Both the position numbers and the translations under genes were made by a program. 64,000 nt of DNA from Bacteroidales bacterium (GTDB taxonomy: Bacteria; Bacteroidota; Bacteroidia; Bacteroidales; M50B96), in contig JAGYLP010000009.1 of assembly GCA_018401015.1 (NCBI GenBank), positions 11,599-75,598 on the forward strand. Reading direction: 5' to 3'. Shown in pieces: positions 44,711-55,500 of the stretch (position 1 is the stretch's first letter; each line of letters starts with the position of its first letter). Below the pieces are notes generated by a model. It was not told where the DNA came from. It did no database searches and saw nothing but the letters and a program-made list of their open reading frames with translations.

Positions 44711-46207
44711 ATGATTAAAAGCTATTTCAGCCAAACCATTCTAGCCATTTTATTGGTATTGGTGATTTCACCGGAACTATTTGCTCAAACCCGAGCCTTA
44801 CCGAACCGTAACATTCAAGCCGTCACCACCCCTTCTACTCAACAATCGCCCAAAATCAACTGGGACTACTTCAATGATTTCCAAGACACTACAGCCCTGA
44901 ACAATATGGTTCATGAGAATGTAGATGGCAATAACGACCACGAATCCATTTTGCTGGGACTAGGGCTAAATTTTTTCGATGATGCGTGGCTTTTGTTGCA
45001 TTTCACCAATGAGCCCAATTATTGGGCAGCCAGTAATTCCTACTTCGACACAACCGAAGCAGCCGATCGCTGGTTAATTACTCCTCCTATTTTCGTGAAT
45101 AATTGGTCGTCGTTGGCCTGGAAAGCTTTATCGGTAAATTTAGGCGGCACACCAACTTCGGAAGATTATGAGATCTACGTTTCTGATTCACTTATCTTAA
45201 GTTCCGCCGATGTTTCTGGCGCACCTTTTTATAGTGTCAACGAGGAAGCGAATACATGGACCGAACACGTTTTAGATATTTCGGATTTTTATGGCGACAC
45301 TATCCAAATTGCTATTCGACATACCTCTTTGAGTCAGGGCATTTTGGCCATCGACGATTTGCGTGTTGGGTACATCCACGAACCGGAAGGAGGAATGTTG
45401 GGAGATTTCGAAAATGTAACTGCCTTTTCAACTGATTTATCGCCGTGGATTACACTCGATTTAGACAGCAGCGTTACCTATGTCCTGGAAGGGGTAAGTT
45501 ATCCTGGCAGTGGCGATCCCGCTTCCTTTATCCCTTTCAACCCCGACTTAACCGACCCATCGGTTAGTGGAATTGATGTTTATGAAGGGGATCAATTCGG
45601 AGTGGTATTTTCGGCGGTCGCCGGACCATTTGGGAATGCACCTAATAATGATTGGCTTATATCGCCTAAGGCCACAATTGATCCAGGTGGAAAAGTAAGC
45701 TTTTATGCTAAGTCGTTCAGTCATTTGTGGGGTTTGGAACGTTTTCGCGTAGGAGTTACAACAAGCGATCCTGAAGCCGATAACTTCACGATTATAACAC
45801 CCGGTAATTATGTCCAAGTAGATACAGCCTGGACTTATTTTGAATACGACTTAAGCCTTTGGGCAAATCAGGATGTTCATGTTGGGATTAATTGCGTTTC
45901 GGATACTGCTTTTATTTTTTGTATCGACGATATTCGCATTGATAGTTTAGGAACCGTATCCACACCCGGTTTTGAATTAGAAGAGATGGAGGTTTTCCCC
46001 AATCCAAGTACAGGCATGGTTTATTTGAATCGAATAGAGCAGGCTCAAGTACGAATTTTGGATTTAATGGGACGCGAACACTACTTCATGCATTCGGCCT
46101 CGTATAAGAACCGGATCGATTTAAGTCATTTACCTGCCGGATTGTATATTATTCAAGTAATGAGAGGTTCAGATCGAATTTCTCGAAAGATACAGCTCAT
46201 TCGCTAG
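44711..46207 (+). CDS. T9SS type A sorting-domain protein with two choice-of-anchor J / cleaved-adhesin-like domains
   Basis: The track ORF starts at a TTG (44696). The first ATG is at 44711 (MIKSYF...) and gives a signal peptide. RWLITPPI and NDWLISPKA motifs. C-terminal type A CTD VFPNPSTGMVYLN...LPAGLYIIQV...KIQLIR. Confidence 0.85.
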   Translation: MIKSYFSQTILAILLVLVISPELFAQTRALPNRNIQAVTTPSTQQSPKINWDYFNDFQDTTALNNMVHENVDGNNDHESILLGLGLNFFDDAWLLLHFTNEPNYWAASNSYFDTTEAADRWLITPPIFVNNWSSLAWKALSVNLGGTPTSEDYEIYVSDSLILSSADVSGAPFYSVNEEANTWTEHVLDISDFYGDTIQIAIRHTSLSQGILAIDDLRVGYIHEPEGGMLGDFENVTAFSTDLSPWITLDLDSSVTYVLEGVSYPGSGDPASFIPFNPDLTDPSVSGIDVYEGDQFGVVFSAVAGPFGNAPNNDWLISPKATIDPGGKVSFYAKSFSHLWGLERFRVGVTTSDPEADNFTIITPGNYVQVDTAWTYFEYDLSLWANQDVHVGINCVSDTAFIFCIDDIRIDSLGTVSTPGFELEEMEVFPNPSTGMVYLNRIEQAQVRILDLMGREHYFMHSASYKNRIDLSHLPAGLYIIQVMRGSDRISRKIQLIR

Positions 46208-46269
46208 GAAAACCAAAGGATGTTAACAATATTTTAGGGCATCTTTAGAGCAAGGAGTGGGGTATTTTT

Positions 46270-46277
46270 TATATTTG
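46270..46277 (+). promoter_or_regulatory. -7 promoter box TATATTTG
   Basis: Exact TAnnTTTG, 39 nt upstream of the ATG at 46316. Confidence 0.5.
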
Positions 46278-46315
46278 TGAAACTTAAAACCAATGTTTAA
46301 TTAATTTATCAAATC

Positions 46316-48496
46316 ATGAGAAAATTTACTTTAATCAGTCTGTTGGTAGTTTTTGCCCTCAGCAGTATTGCGCAGCGCAGCAATACCGAAGGCAAACTGA
46401 AACTTACTAAAGATCAGACGCAAGAACTGGTAGTTCGTTATACCGACAAAACCAGTTACGACCAGGCAATGAAAGCTTTTGGTGACACTATTTATTACGA
46501 TGATTTTGGATCAGGCGGTCCTGGAGTTGGTGATTTACCAACCGGCTGGACTACTGAAGACATCGACTCACAAGGGAACAACTACGTGTGGCAATACACC
46601 ACGGTAGGAGCTCAAGGTCCAACCACTGCTGGTTATGAATACATCTTAGCTTCTTCAACTGCTTCGAATGGTTGGATGATTTTAGACTCCGACAATTACA
46701 GCTTAGGTAGTTACGATGCTTTCCTGTATTCTCCTGAGTACGATTTAACAAACCACGATGCTGTAGCTGTTTCTTTCGAAGAATTGTATCAGCGTTGGGG
46801 TAACGAAGCTTCCAATCCTTATGGTGGCAACCCAACTTACTTAGGTGTTATTATTGGTACCGATACTACCGAGATTGAATTACATGCCGAATTCGAAGTG
46901 AAAGAATCGACCGATAATCCCGGATTTTATCTGGTTAATATTTCCAATATCGCCGGCGGACAAGCAAACGTTAAGTTTTACTTCCGCGTTCAAGGTTTTT
47001 GGGATTATTGGTGGCAAATCGACGATTTCAAAATCGTTGAAGCTCCGTACTATGATCTCGTAATTAGAGATGGTCTCGTTTCTTCCGTTTATGAATTTGC
47101 TCCTGAGCAAGTTGGATTCTTTGGTTATTTATCGCAATTCCCATTATCCCAATTAACGGCTATTCACACCGAAGCTGAAGTTTACAACAACGGAGTAGAA
47201 ACTTCGACCAATGTCTTGTTCACTTCAGATGTTTATAAAGATGGAAGCTTGTTAGTAAGTAATACCGACACTATATCAGCCATTGAATTTGATTCCACCT
47301 ACATTTTCGTTCCTGAATACTTCACGCCTGCTTCAGCCGGTAACTTCGAAGTTAATTTTGAGGTTGAAGCCGATGTAGCCGATGAGTTAATTGACGACAA
47401 CACCGCTGAGCCGGTAAGTTTCAATGTAACCGACAATGATATTTTTGCTCGCGATAATGAATTTACCCGTGGTTTATCACCTTCGATGTTTACCGGTGGT
47501 GCCGATGGCGACTTGTTAGGTGTTAACTATTTCATGGCAAACAACGCTACTGTTCATTCTATTTCAGTCTTTGTTGATTATCGTGCAACTCCCGGTTTAT
47601 CGACCATCGTTGGTGAATTGTACCGCTACGATACCGACCGTATCCTTCAGATTACTACCGAGGAATACACCATTGCTGAAGCTGATTTAGGAACCTGGAT
47701 TACCTTACCATTTATCGAAATTGCACAAGGCGATGCTGCTGTTACTGCAGGAACTGAATACATTGCTGCTCTTTCTTTCTACTGGGGTAACGACGAAGAA
47801 ATTCAAGCATGGATTGGTGCTGATAGCGATGGTCCAAATGTTTACAATCTGGAAACAGTACTCCGTTTAGGAGCCGACTGGTACTATATTAGCGACCTGC
47901 CTATGATTCGTCTGAATCTTGCCAGCGCCACCTTACCTCCCGTTTGGACTTCGGTTATTAATAGTGTATGTGGACATCCTAGTGAAACAGGATCGTACGA
48001 CATGACCGTATCGGCTACCGACCCGAATGGTCTTCCATTAACCTTCAGCTTTGATGCTAATTCGAACGATATCGTTAGTAATTTTGTTGATAATGGCGAC
48101 GGTACTGCTACTTTCACCATCGATATGGATCCTTCCTTAATCGGTACCTTCCAAACTTTCCAATATTCGGTAAGCAACGGTATTGTTGAAAACCCTGTAT
48201 ACCAGCAATGGGAAGTAATCGAAGATGTTGAATGTTTCACAGTTAACGTAGCTGAGTTTAATGCTAACAAGCCTGTTAATGTATTCCCGAATCCTTCAAC
48301 CGGTTTGGTGAACATTCAAAATGCAGAAAATAGCGTCATTCAAGTGTACAATGTGGTTGGATCGTTAATGATGGAATTCAACAATAACTTGAATAACACC
48401 AGCATCGACTTAAGCTCCTTCGCAGAAGGAACCTATTACATTCAAGTAAGAACTGACAATCAGGTTATCTCTAAACAAGTAGTTTTAGTAAAATAA
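46316..48496 (+). CDS. T9SS type A sorting-domain surface protein
   Basis: 726 aa. Signal peptide. C-terminal type A CTD VFPNPSTGLVNIQN...FAEGTYYIQV...KQVVLVK. The N-terminal domains were not confidently assigned. Confidence 0.85.
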   Translation: MRKFTLISLLVVFALSSIAQRSNTEGKLKLTKDQTQELVVRYTDKTSYDQAMKAFGDTIYYDDFGSGGPGVGDLPTGWTTEDIDSQGNNYVWQYTTVGAQGPTTAGYEYILASSTASNGWMILDSDNYSLGSYDAFLYSPEYDLTNHDAVAVSFEELYQRWGNEASNPYGGNPTYLGVIIGTDTTEIELHAEFEVKESTDNPGFYLVNISNIAGGQANVKFYFRVQGFWDYWWQIDDFKIVEAPYYDLVIRDGLVSSVYEFAPEQVGFFGYLSQFPLSQLTAIHTEAEVYNNGVETSTNVLFTSDVYKDGSLLVSNTDTISAIEFDSTYIFVPEYFTPASAGNFEVNFEVEADVADELIDDNTAEPVSFNVTDNDIFARDNEFTRGLSPSMFTGGADGDLLGVNYFMANNATVHSISVFVDYRATPGLSTIVGELYRYDTDRILQITTEEYTIAEADLGTWITLPFIEIAQGDAAVTAGTEYIAALSFYWGNDEEIQAWIGADSDGPNVYNLETVLRLGADWYYISDLPMIRLNLASATLPPVWTSVINSVCGHPSETGSYDMTVSATDPNGLPLTFSFDANSNDIVSNFVDNGDGTATFTIDMDPSLIGTFQTFQYSVSNGIVENPVYQQWEVIEDVECFTVNVAEFNANKPVNVFPNPSTGLVNIQNAENSVIQVYNVVGSLMMEFNNNLNNTSIDLSSFAEGTYYIQVRTDNQVISKQVVLVK

Positions 48497-48517
48497 TCTT
48501 ACTCAATCTCTAGATTA

Positions 48518-48545
48518 AACCCCGGCACATCGCCGGGGTTTTTTT
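48518..48545 (+). terminator. Rho-independent terminator
   Basis: Perfect 9-bp stem aaccccggc / gccggggtt with a 5-nt loop and a T7 run, 22 nt after the stop at 48496. Confidence 0.85.
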
Positions 48546-48664
48546 ATTCATTCTTTTTAAGTTGAGATAAGCCTTCAATACCGGTATCGTTTATTTGTTT
48601 TAAAGGCAACTTTGAGTTTAATTTGACGTTTAGTGAAAGAGATTCAATTTCTCTTTTCCTTGAA

Positions 48665-51415
48665 ATGAAATTACGTATGCAGCACTTTTATCGCCTCATT
48701 ATCGGATGGTTAATTTTACTATTCCTTGGGAGCACTTTCAAGGCTCAGTCGCAAGGAGAGACAAACATCTGGTATTTTGGATACAATGCCGGACTGGATT
48801 TCAACCTGGCGTCGCCGCTTGCGTTGAGCGATGGCTTAGTGAATGCTCAGGGAGGATCGGCCACCCAATCGGATGAGAATGGAGAGCTACTTTTCTACAC
48901 CGATGGCATGAAAATTTGGAATAAAAACCATTCCATCATGCCAAATAGCTGGGGGTTACTTGGGCACGCCAGTTCAACCCAGAACAGCCTTATTTTGCTA
49001 AAACCAGGATCAACGAACCTGTATTACGTATTCACCAATGGTGCAAATTTCGACAACAACGGACTCTCCTATTCCGAAGTTGATATGAGCTTGAACGGAG
49101 GATTAGGCAATGTAACTTCAGTAAAAAATGTAAGTTTATTAACCCCCACTACCGAAAAATTAACCGCTGTAAGACACGGGAACACTACCGATTTTTGGGT
49201 CCTCACCGTAGAACGAAACTCCAACAACTACTACGCCTGGCCCGTTACAGCAACCGGCATAGGCAGCCCGGTAGTAACCAGCATTGGCACACCCCATTCA
49301 GGTGCAAATCCTAATTCGGATGTCTCCATTGGGCAAGCTAAATTTTCCCCCGATGGAACGAAACTGGCCATTGCAACCTCTGCTAATGGAAACACGTTCG
49401 AGCTATTCGACTTTAATAAATTCACCGGAGTTTTATCCAACCCAATAACCATCAACGGAAGCACATATTCCTCACCCTATGGAGTAGAATTCTCGCCCGA
49501 CGGAACCCTGCTCTATTGTTCCGTATCGAATACGAACAACAAGGTCTATCAGTTTAACTTACAAGCTGGATCGGCCAGCGCCATTATCAATTCTGCTACG
49601 CTGGTGGCTCAATCGGCCAGCACCAATGTTGGAGCCTTGCAATTAGGCAGCGACAGCAAGATATACCTGGCTCGTTACAATGCATTTTATCTGGGTGTTT
49701 TTAATAATCCGAATGTGCAGGGTGCCGGGTCTAACTACGAGGACGACGGGGTCAATCTGGGAACCTATCGTAGTCGGGTTGGACTACCAAATTTCATCAC
49801 CTCTTTCTTCAATAATCCTCGCTTCATCTATGAAAATCTCTGTTTTGGAGATTCAACCTTCTTTTACATTTCTGATTTGAATGGAGTGATATCGGTGAAT
49901 TGGAATTTTGGCGATCCGGGTTCAGGGTCGTTGAACACCTCCACCAGTACCGAGGCCTATCATATTTTCTCCGACTATGGCACCTTTTCGGTCCAGCTGG
50001 TGAGGAATTTTGGCAATACCAGCGACACGGTTACCCAAACCATAACCATTAATCCAGTCCCCGCCATCGATTTAGGCCCATACGATGTCAAGATTTGCGA
50101 AGGATCCGACACCTTATTTAGTGCAGGGAGCGGATATGCTTCCTACGAATGGATGAATGGCTCGTCGGTCCCGACCATGGTGGCTAATTTAGAAGGTGTT
50201 TATGCGGTTACAGTGACCGATGATTTTGGTTGTGTTAATTCCGATTCCGTAGAGGTGTCTTACCTCATTCCTCCCGGAGTTGAACTAGGAGCCGATCAGG
50301 AGATTTGCTTTGGAGAGAGCATTTCGCTTTCGGCTTGGGCGGAACAAGGGGAGTATGCCTGGTCGACCGGATCGAGCGCCGAGTCGATAACAGCGAGCGA
50401 AACAGGCATCTACTCGATAACGGTAAGTAATCGTTGTGGCGAAGCTACCGACTCTATGGAGCTTTATGTTTACCCGGAAATCGACATTGAATTGGGAGAA
50501 GATATCGAAATTTGTCCGGGTGATACCGCGGTGCTAGCGATAAACCAGGGCGATTACAGCTTCAACTGGTCCACGGGCGCAACCACTGCAACCATTGAAA
50601 GCGATACCGCCGGGATTTTTTACCTAACCGCCTTTCACCAGGGGACGAATTGCCCTGAGGTAACCGACTCGATTCAAGTTCTCCTGCTCGATGTGCCGGT
50701 GGTAAGTGCCGGAAACGACACCCTTGTTTGCGAGGGAGAAACCATCTTGCTTAATGCCACTGGGGAATACATCAGCAATTACTTGTGGAATACCGGAGCT
50801 ACCACTGCAGGCATTTCTACCTCGACAGCAGGGCTATACTATGTAGTTGCGAGTAATATTTGTGCAGAGGCAAGCGATACCGTAGAGGTAGCCATACAGC
50901 CGGCCCCACAAGTAGAGGTTACCAACGACACGACCTTATATGATGATGAAACTATCGAACTTTTTGCAACTTATTTTCCCGATTACCAGTATTCCTGGCT
51001 AAGCAATCCCTTTTTGAGCAGCACTAACATCCATAATCCCAGTTTAAGCGCTACTGAATCGACCTTGCTCACCCTTACCGTAAGCGATAGTTTAGGTTGC
51101 AAATCCACCTATACCATCGACATCAACGTTTTAGTGAGACCCCTACCCGACTTAATTATTTACAATGTCTTTACACCCAATCAGGATGGAGTGAATGATT
51201 ATTTTGTGATAGAGAATATTGAACGCTACGAAAACAGCTTTTTGCAAGTTTTTAACCGCAATGGGAATAAGGTTTTTGAAGCCAGGAATTATCAAAACGA
51301 TTGGGATGGTCGGTATCAGAATGAACCCTTGCCGGCTCACACTTACTTCTTCATTCTTGATCCCGGAGTGGAAGAGAAAGAAGTAATTAAATCGCAGGTA
51401 ACCATTTTATATTAA
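48665..51415 (+). CDS. T9SS type B sorting-domain giant surface protein (beta-propeller-like N-domain, Cys-framed Ig-like modules, gliding-motility-associated CTD)
   Basis: The track ORF starts at a TTG (48623). The ATG at 48665 (MKLRMQHFYRLIIGWLILLFLGSTFKAQS) gives a proper signal peptide. FSPDGT repeats. CTD FTPNQDGVNDYF, VFNRNGNKVFE, DWDGR, YFFIL...QVTILY. Paralog of the partial ORF at 1-3137 (-). Confidence 0.9.
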   Translation: MKLRMQHFYRLIIGWLILLFLGSTFKAQSQGETNIWYFGYNAGLDFNLASPLALSDGLVNAQGGSATQSDENGELLFYTDGMKIWNKNHSIMPNSWGLLGHASSTQNSLILLKPGSTNLYYVFTNGANFDNNGLSYSEVDMSLNGGLGNVTSVKNVSLLTPTTEKLTAVRHGNTTDFWVLTVERNSNNYYAWPVTATGIGSPVVTSIGTPHSGANPNSDVSIGQAKFSPDGTKLAIATSANGNTFELFDFNKFTGVLSNPITINGSTYSSPYGVEFSPDGTLLYCSVSNTNNKVYQFNLQAGSASAIINSATLVAQSASTNVGALQLGSDSKIYLARYNAFYLGVFNNPNVQGAGSNYEDDGVNLGTYRSRVGLPNFITSFFNNPRFIYENLCFGDSTFFYISDLNGVISVNWNFGDPGSGSLNTSTSTEAYHIFSDYGTFSVQLVRNFGNTSDTVTQTITINPVPAIDLGPYDVKICEGSDTLFSAGSGYASYEWMNGSSVPTMVANLEGVYAVTVTDDFGCVNSDSVEVSYLIPPGVELGADQEICFGESISLSAWAEQGEYAWSTGSSAESITASETGIYSITVSNRCGEATDSMELYVYPEIDIELGEDIEICPGDTAVLAINQGDYSFNWSTGATTATIESDTAGIFYLTAFHQGTNCPEVTDSIQVLLLDVPVVSAGNDTLVCEGETILLNATGEYISNYLWNTGATTAGISTSTAGLYYVVASNICAEASDTVEVAIQPAPQVEVTNDTTLYDDETIELFATYFPDYQYSWLSNPFLSSTNIHNPSLSATESTLLTLTVSDSLGCKSTYTIDINVLVRPLPDLIIYNVFTPNQDGVNDYFVIENIERYENSFLQVFNRNGNKVFEARNYQNDWDGRYQNEPLPAHTYFFILDPGVEEKEVIKSQVTILY
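50090..51130 (+). repeat. About 5 tandem diverged ~70-aa Cys-framed modules within the adhesin
   Basis: ICEGSDTLFSAGSGYASYEWMNGSSVPTMVANLEGVYAVTVTDDFGC; ICFGESISLSAWAEQGEYAWSTGSSAESITASETGIYSITVSNRCG; VCEGETILLNATGEYISNYLWNTGATTAGISTSTAGLYYVVASNIC. Confidence 0.7.
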
Positions 51416-51448
51416 AAGGAAAACGAATTCAGGAAGGACCATTAGCAC

Positions 51449-52414
51449 ATGAAAAGATATTGGTGGATATTATTTTTGCTACTTACATCGCAGGTTGAGG
51501 CCCAACAGATTCCGCAGTTTACTCAGCGAAACCTGAATATCTTTTCTTACAATCCGGCCTTTGCCGGCGTTAAATCCCATTCAGAGATTTTATTGCATCA
51601 TCGTTCCCAATGGACGGAATTCGAAGGAGCCCCAATTACCCAATCAGTGGTTTATCATGGGATGTTGAACCGGATCATGGGTTTTGGTTTTTCGGCCATA
51701 CGCGATGTGATTGGTCCAATTAGCACGATGGGAGCAAAACTTGCTTATGCTCATCACATCGATTTAGAAATCTTCAAATGGTCGTTGGGACTTTCAGGCG
51801 AAATCTATCAATACGGGCTCGACGGGCGGGAGTTAAATCCGCATCAACCGGGCGATCAGGCTCTTTTGCTCGAGTTAAGCGACAAAGTATGGCGACCGGA
51901 GGCCAGCTTTGGAACCTTTATATACAACGAACATTTCTTTTTGTCGTATTCGATTTTGCAGCTATTAGGCTCAACTGTTCAATTATATGACGACCCGGGT
52001 ATTTATGGAACGATGCCTTTGGCGCGACATCATTATATAAGTGCCGGCTATTCGTTTAGTCCGATGTCGAATATCGATGTAGAGCCATCCGTTTTATGGG
52101 CAAAAGCGAAAGGAAGTCCTTTTCAGTTAGAAGTTAATTTGAATGCTCAATACATGCAAATGTTCATGCTTGGCACCTCATTTCGATGGAACGATGCCGT
52201 AGCTTTAACATTTGGTTTCAAAGTTTTCGATCGGTTAAAAATGACTTATAGCTACGACATTGTGTATTCTCCCTTGCGGAATTATCAGAGTGGTTCCCAT
52301 GAGCTCATTCTATCTTATATATTGCCCAATCGGTCGGGCAAATGGAATCGATGGAGACATGAATATCAGTATGAATTTAACCCGAAGACCAATCGTTGGC
52401 GAGAACGTTGGTAA
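51449..52414 (+). CDS. PorP/SprF family T9SS membrane protein, cognate-type partner of the upstream type B cargo
   Basis: 321 aa. Signal peptide then QQIPQFTQRNLNIFSYNPAFAG (the PorP/SprF hallmark start). 33 nt downstream of the type B CTD gene. Confidence 0.88.
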   Translation: MKRYWWILFLLLTSQVEAQQIPQFTQRNLNIFSYNPAFAGVKSHSEILLHHRSQWTEFEGAPITQSVVYHGMLNRIMGFGFSAIRDVIGPISTMGAKLAYAHHIDLEIFKWSLGLSGEIYQYGLDGRELNPHQPGDQALLLELSDKVWRPEASFGTFIYNEHFFLSYSILQLLGSTVQLYDDPGIYGTMPLARHHYISAGYSFSPMSNIDVEPSVLWAKAKGSPFQLEVNLNAQYMQMFMLGTSFRWNDAVALTFGFKVFDRLKMTYSYDIVYSPLRNYQSGSHELILSYILPNRSGKWNRWRHEYQYEFNPKTNRWRERW

Positions 52415-52576
52415 GAAAAATGGTCTTGTATTTTTTTGCAGGATCATGCATGATTTATTAAACCATAAGGACACAAAAGGAGTTTAGGTTTTGAATCAAC
52501 TATACGAACACGAGCGAAGAATTAAACTCAAATAATTATTCAACATTCAAGCATTCAACCGGAATTACGGAATTCA

Positions 52577-55500
52577 ATGACCACATCAACAGCAAAAGCA
52601 TCTTTTCATTACCTAATTGTTTCGGGCATATTCATCATCCTGATGCTACCGGCGGGGCTTTTTGCACAATTTTTCAACGGTCACCAAATGAGTTTTGGTA
52701 AGAATAGGGTTCAGCATCGCGAATTCCTTTGGCAGTTCTACCGGTTTGAAAAATTCGACACTTACTATTATGTAAATGGCCGGGAACTCGCCGAGTTAAC
52801 AGCCGAGATAGCTCATGAAGAGATTCCTGCACTTGAAAACTTTTTCCAATACAACCTTCAAAAACGGGTAATATTTCTTGTTTACAATAAGTTATCCGAC
52901 TTCCGACAAAGCAATGTTGGATTAATCTCGAACGACTCTGAGCGAAACATTGGAGGGGTTACCCAGATCGTCAATAACAAAGTTCATTTGTATTTCGAAG
53001 GAGACCGAGAAAAATTCCGGCAGCAAATCAAAGGAGCCATCAGTGAAGTCATAATCAATGAAATGCTTTATGGTTCGTCCTTTCGTGAGCGATTAGCCAA
53101 TTCGACTTTGCTATCGATCCCGGAGTGGTATCTCACCGGATTAAAATCTTACTTATCGACTGATTGGAATTTTGAGATTGAAAATTTTGTCCGCGACGGA
53201 GTATCCACCGGAATTTTCGAAAAGTTCAATCATCTTAAAGGAGAACAAGCTCGTTACGCCGGACATGCCATCTGGGCCTATGTTGCTGAAGAATTTGGAC
53301 GCAGTACCATTCCGAATATCGTTTACCTTACTCGAGTTCACAAAAATGCTGAGCAAGGTTTTCTATATGTTTTGGGAACCGACTTTGAGGCGCTTACCCT
53401 TGAATGGCTTTATAAACTTCAGCAGCGTTTTGAACAAGATTCGTTCGAACCCCTTTTAACCGAATCGCCCGATTTTTGGTTACACAGCAAGAAAAAAGTA
53501 AAGATTACTCAAGCCCGTAAAAGCCAGGATGGTAATTATCTTGCATGGGTTAGCAATAAAAAAGGTCGGTATAAAATCTACTTACAAGACCTTAACTCCG
53601 GGAAAAAACGAAAAATCTTTCAAAAAGAGCATCCCCTCGAACAAATTACCGACTATTCCTATCCAATTCTGGCCTGGCATCCCAGTAATGAAATACTTGC
53701 CTTTATTACTACTCTTCAGGGTAAAAACTGGCTCCATTTCTATAATATCCCCGAAAAGAAAATGGACAAAGTTGAACTCTTTGGTTTCGAAAAGATTCTG
53801 AGCTTCTCCTATGCTCACGATGGATTAAAACTCGTGATGTCGGCTACGCAAAAAGGTCAGAGCGATATTTTCATTCATTACCTTACCTCCCATACTAATC
53901 AGGCTATAACAAACGACTTTGCCGACGACTTCAACCCTGTTTTCATCAATAACTCGACGCAAATTCTTTTCTCGAGTAATCGAAAATCGACCGACAACAG
54001 CACGGAACTAGGACCTGATTTACCCACCCAGGCAACGAAGGATATTTATCTTTACGATTTGGATAAGGAAAACCCAGGTTTAACAAGAATTACAGAAACA
54101 CCATTCGACGATGAAGATTTCCCTCATCTTTTGAAGAAAAACACTTATGCCTACCTAAGTAATGCTCAGGGAGTTTACCACTTGTACGAAGCACTTTACG
54201 ATAGTACGATAGCCTATATCGATACCATTGTTCATTATCGTTATTTCAGTCGCCATAAACCCATTTCCTACAACGATAGGAATATTGAGTATTTCGACTT
54301 AACCGACCCGGCGGAAGCAATTGAAATTTATTTCAAGGATAATCGGTACCACCTTCGGCGGCGGCCGCTTCCTTTCGAGCGCGATATTCCATCCACAACA
54401 GGTGAGTCGTACTATAAGCAAAGCTTTAAGAATCAATTACTACAACGCGACAGCCTGAAGCAAACCCGCCTTTCCAAACTCGAAGAAGAAATTAAGCGTA
54501 TTACCGAAGCTGAGCTTAACTTACCTCCCGATACCCTGATTGATATTGGCAATTATGTCTTCGAAATAGAAAAACCAAATTCTCCTAAGAGGAAGGATTT
54601 CTTACTTAAGCAGAAGGAAAAATTAAATCTGGAAATTCCCCGACCTCGGATTTACCAAACTGCTTTCTATCAAGATTACATGGTGAATCAAATTGACTTC
54701 ACCTTCTTAAACGCAGCTTATCAGCAATTTACAGGAGGAGCTGTTTATTATAATCCTGGTTTCAACTTCTTTTTCAAAACCGGCGTTAATGAGCTGTTCG
54801 AAGATTATCGCCTTACGGGCGGGGTTCGCTTTTCGACCGATTTTCAGAGCAATGAATACCTTTTAAGCTTTGAGAACCTCAAGAAACGACTCGATGAGCA
54901 ATACATCCTTCATCGACAAACTTTTCAAGAGATTGGAACTCAATCGGCACGGAAGAATTTCACCCATCAGGGAATGTATATTCGCACCTATCCTTTTAGT
55001 CAGGTAGCTGCAATAAAAGGTACCTTAACCTTACGGCACGACCGACAGGTCACTTTATCGACCGACAATTCGACTGCCCGTGAAACCGACATTCAAAAAG
55101 CCTGGTCGGGCTTTCGTTTGGAATATATTTTCGACAACACCACCCCACTCGTGTTGAATATCAATGCAGGCACCCGCTTTAAAGTTTTTGCCGAAGGGTA
55201 TTGGGAAATCGATGGCACCCCATCGGATCTTTATGTTTTTGGCGCTGATTTTCGCTACTACCAGCCCATTCATCGCGAGCTGATTTGGGCAAGCCGCGTA
55301 GCAGCAAGCACAAATTTCGGACGCAGCCGACTCATTTATTACATGGGATCGCTCGATAACTGGATGAGTTTCCTATCCGGACAAGAAGTGTTTGACCGTT
55401 CGGTTGCAATCGATCAAAGCCAGAATTTTGTGTATCAAACATTAGCAACCAACATGCGAGGCTTCCCGCAAAACATTCGCAATGGAAACAGTTTCTTCTT

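Noticed and set aside
52443-52454. A 12-bp perfect palindrome, atcatgcatgat, downstream of the sprF-like gene.
   Set aside because: It is short and isolated, with no T-tract or repeated copies. It could be a chance palindrome or a restriction-type site, and nothing further supports a function.
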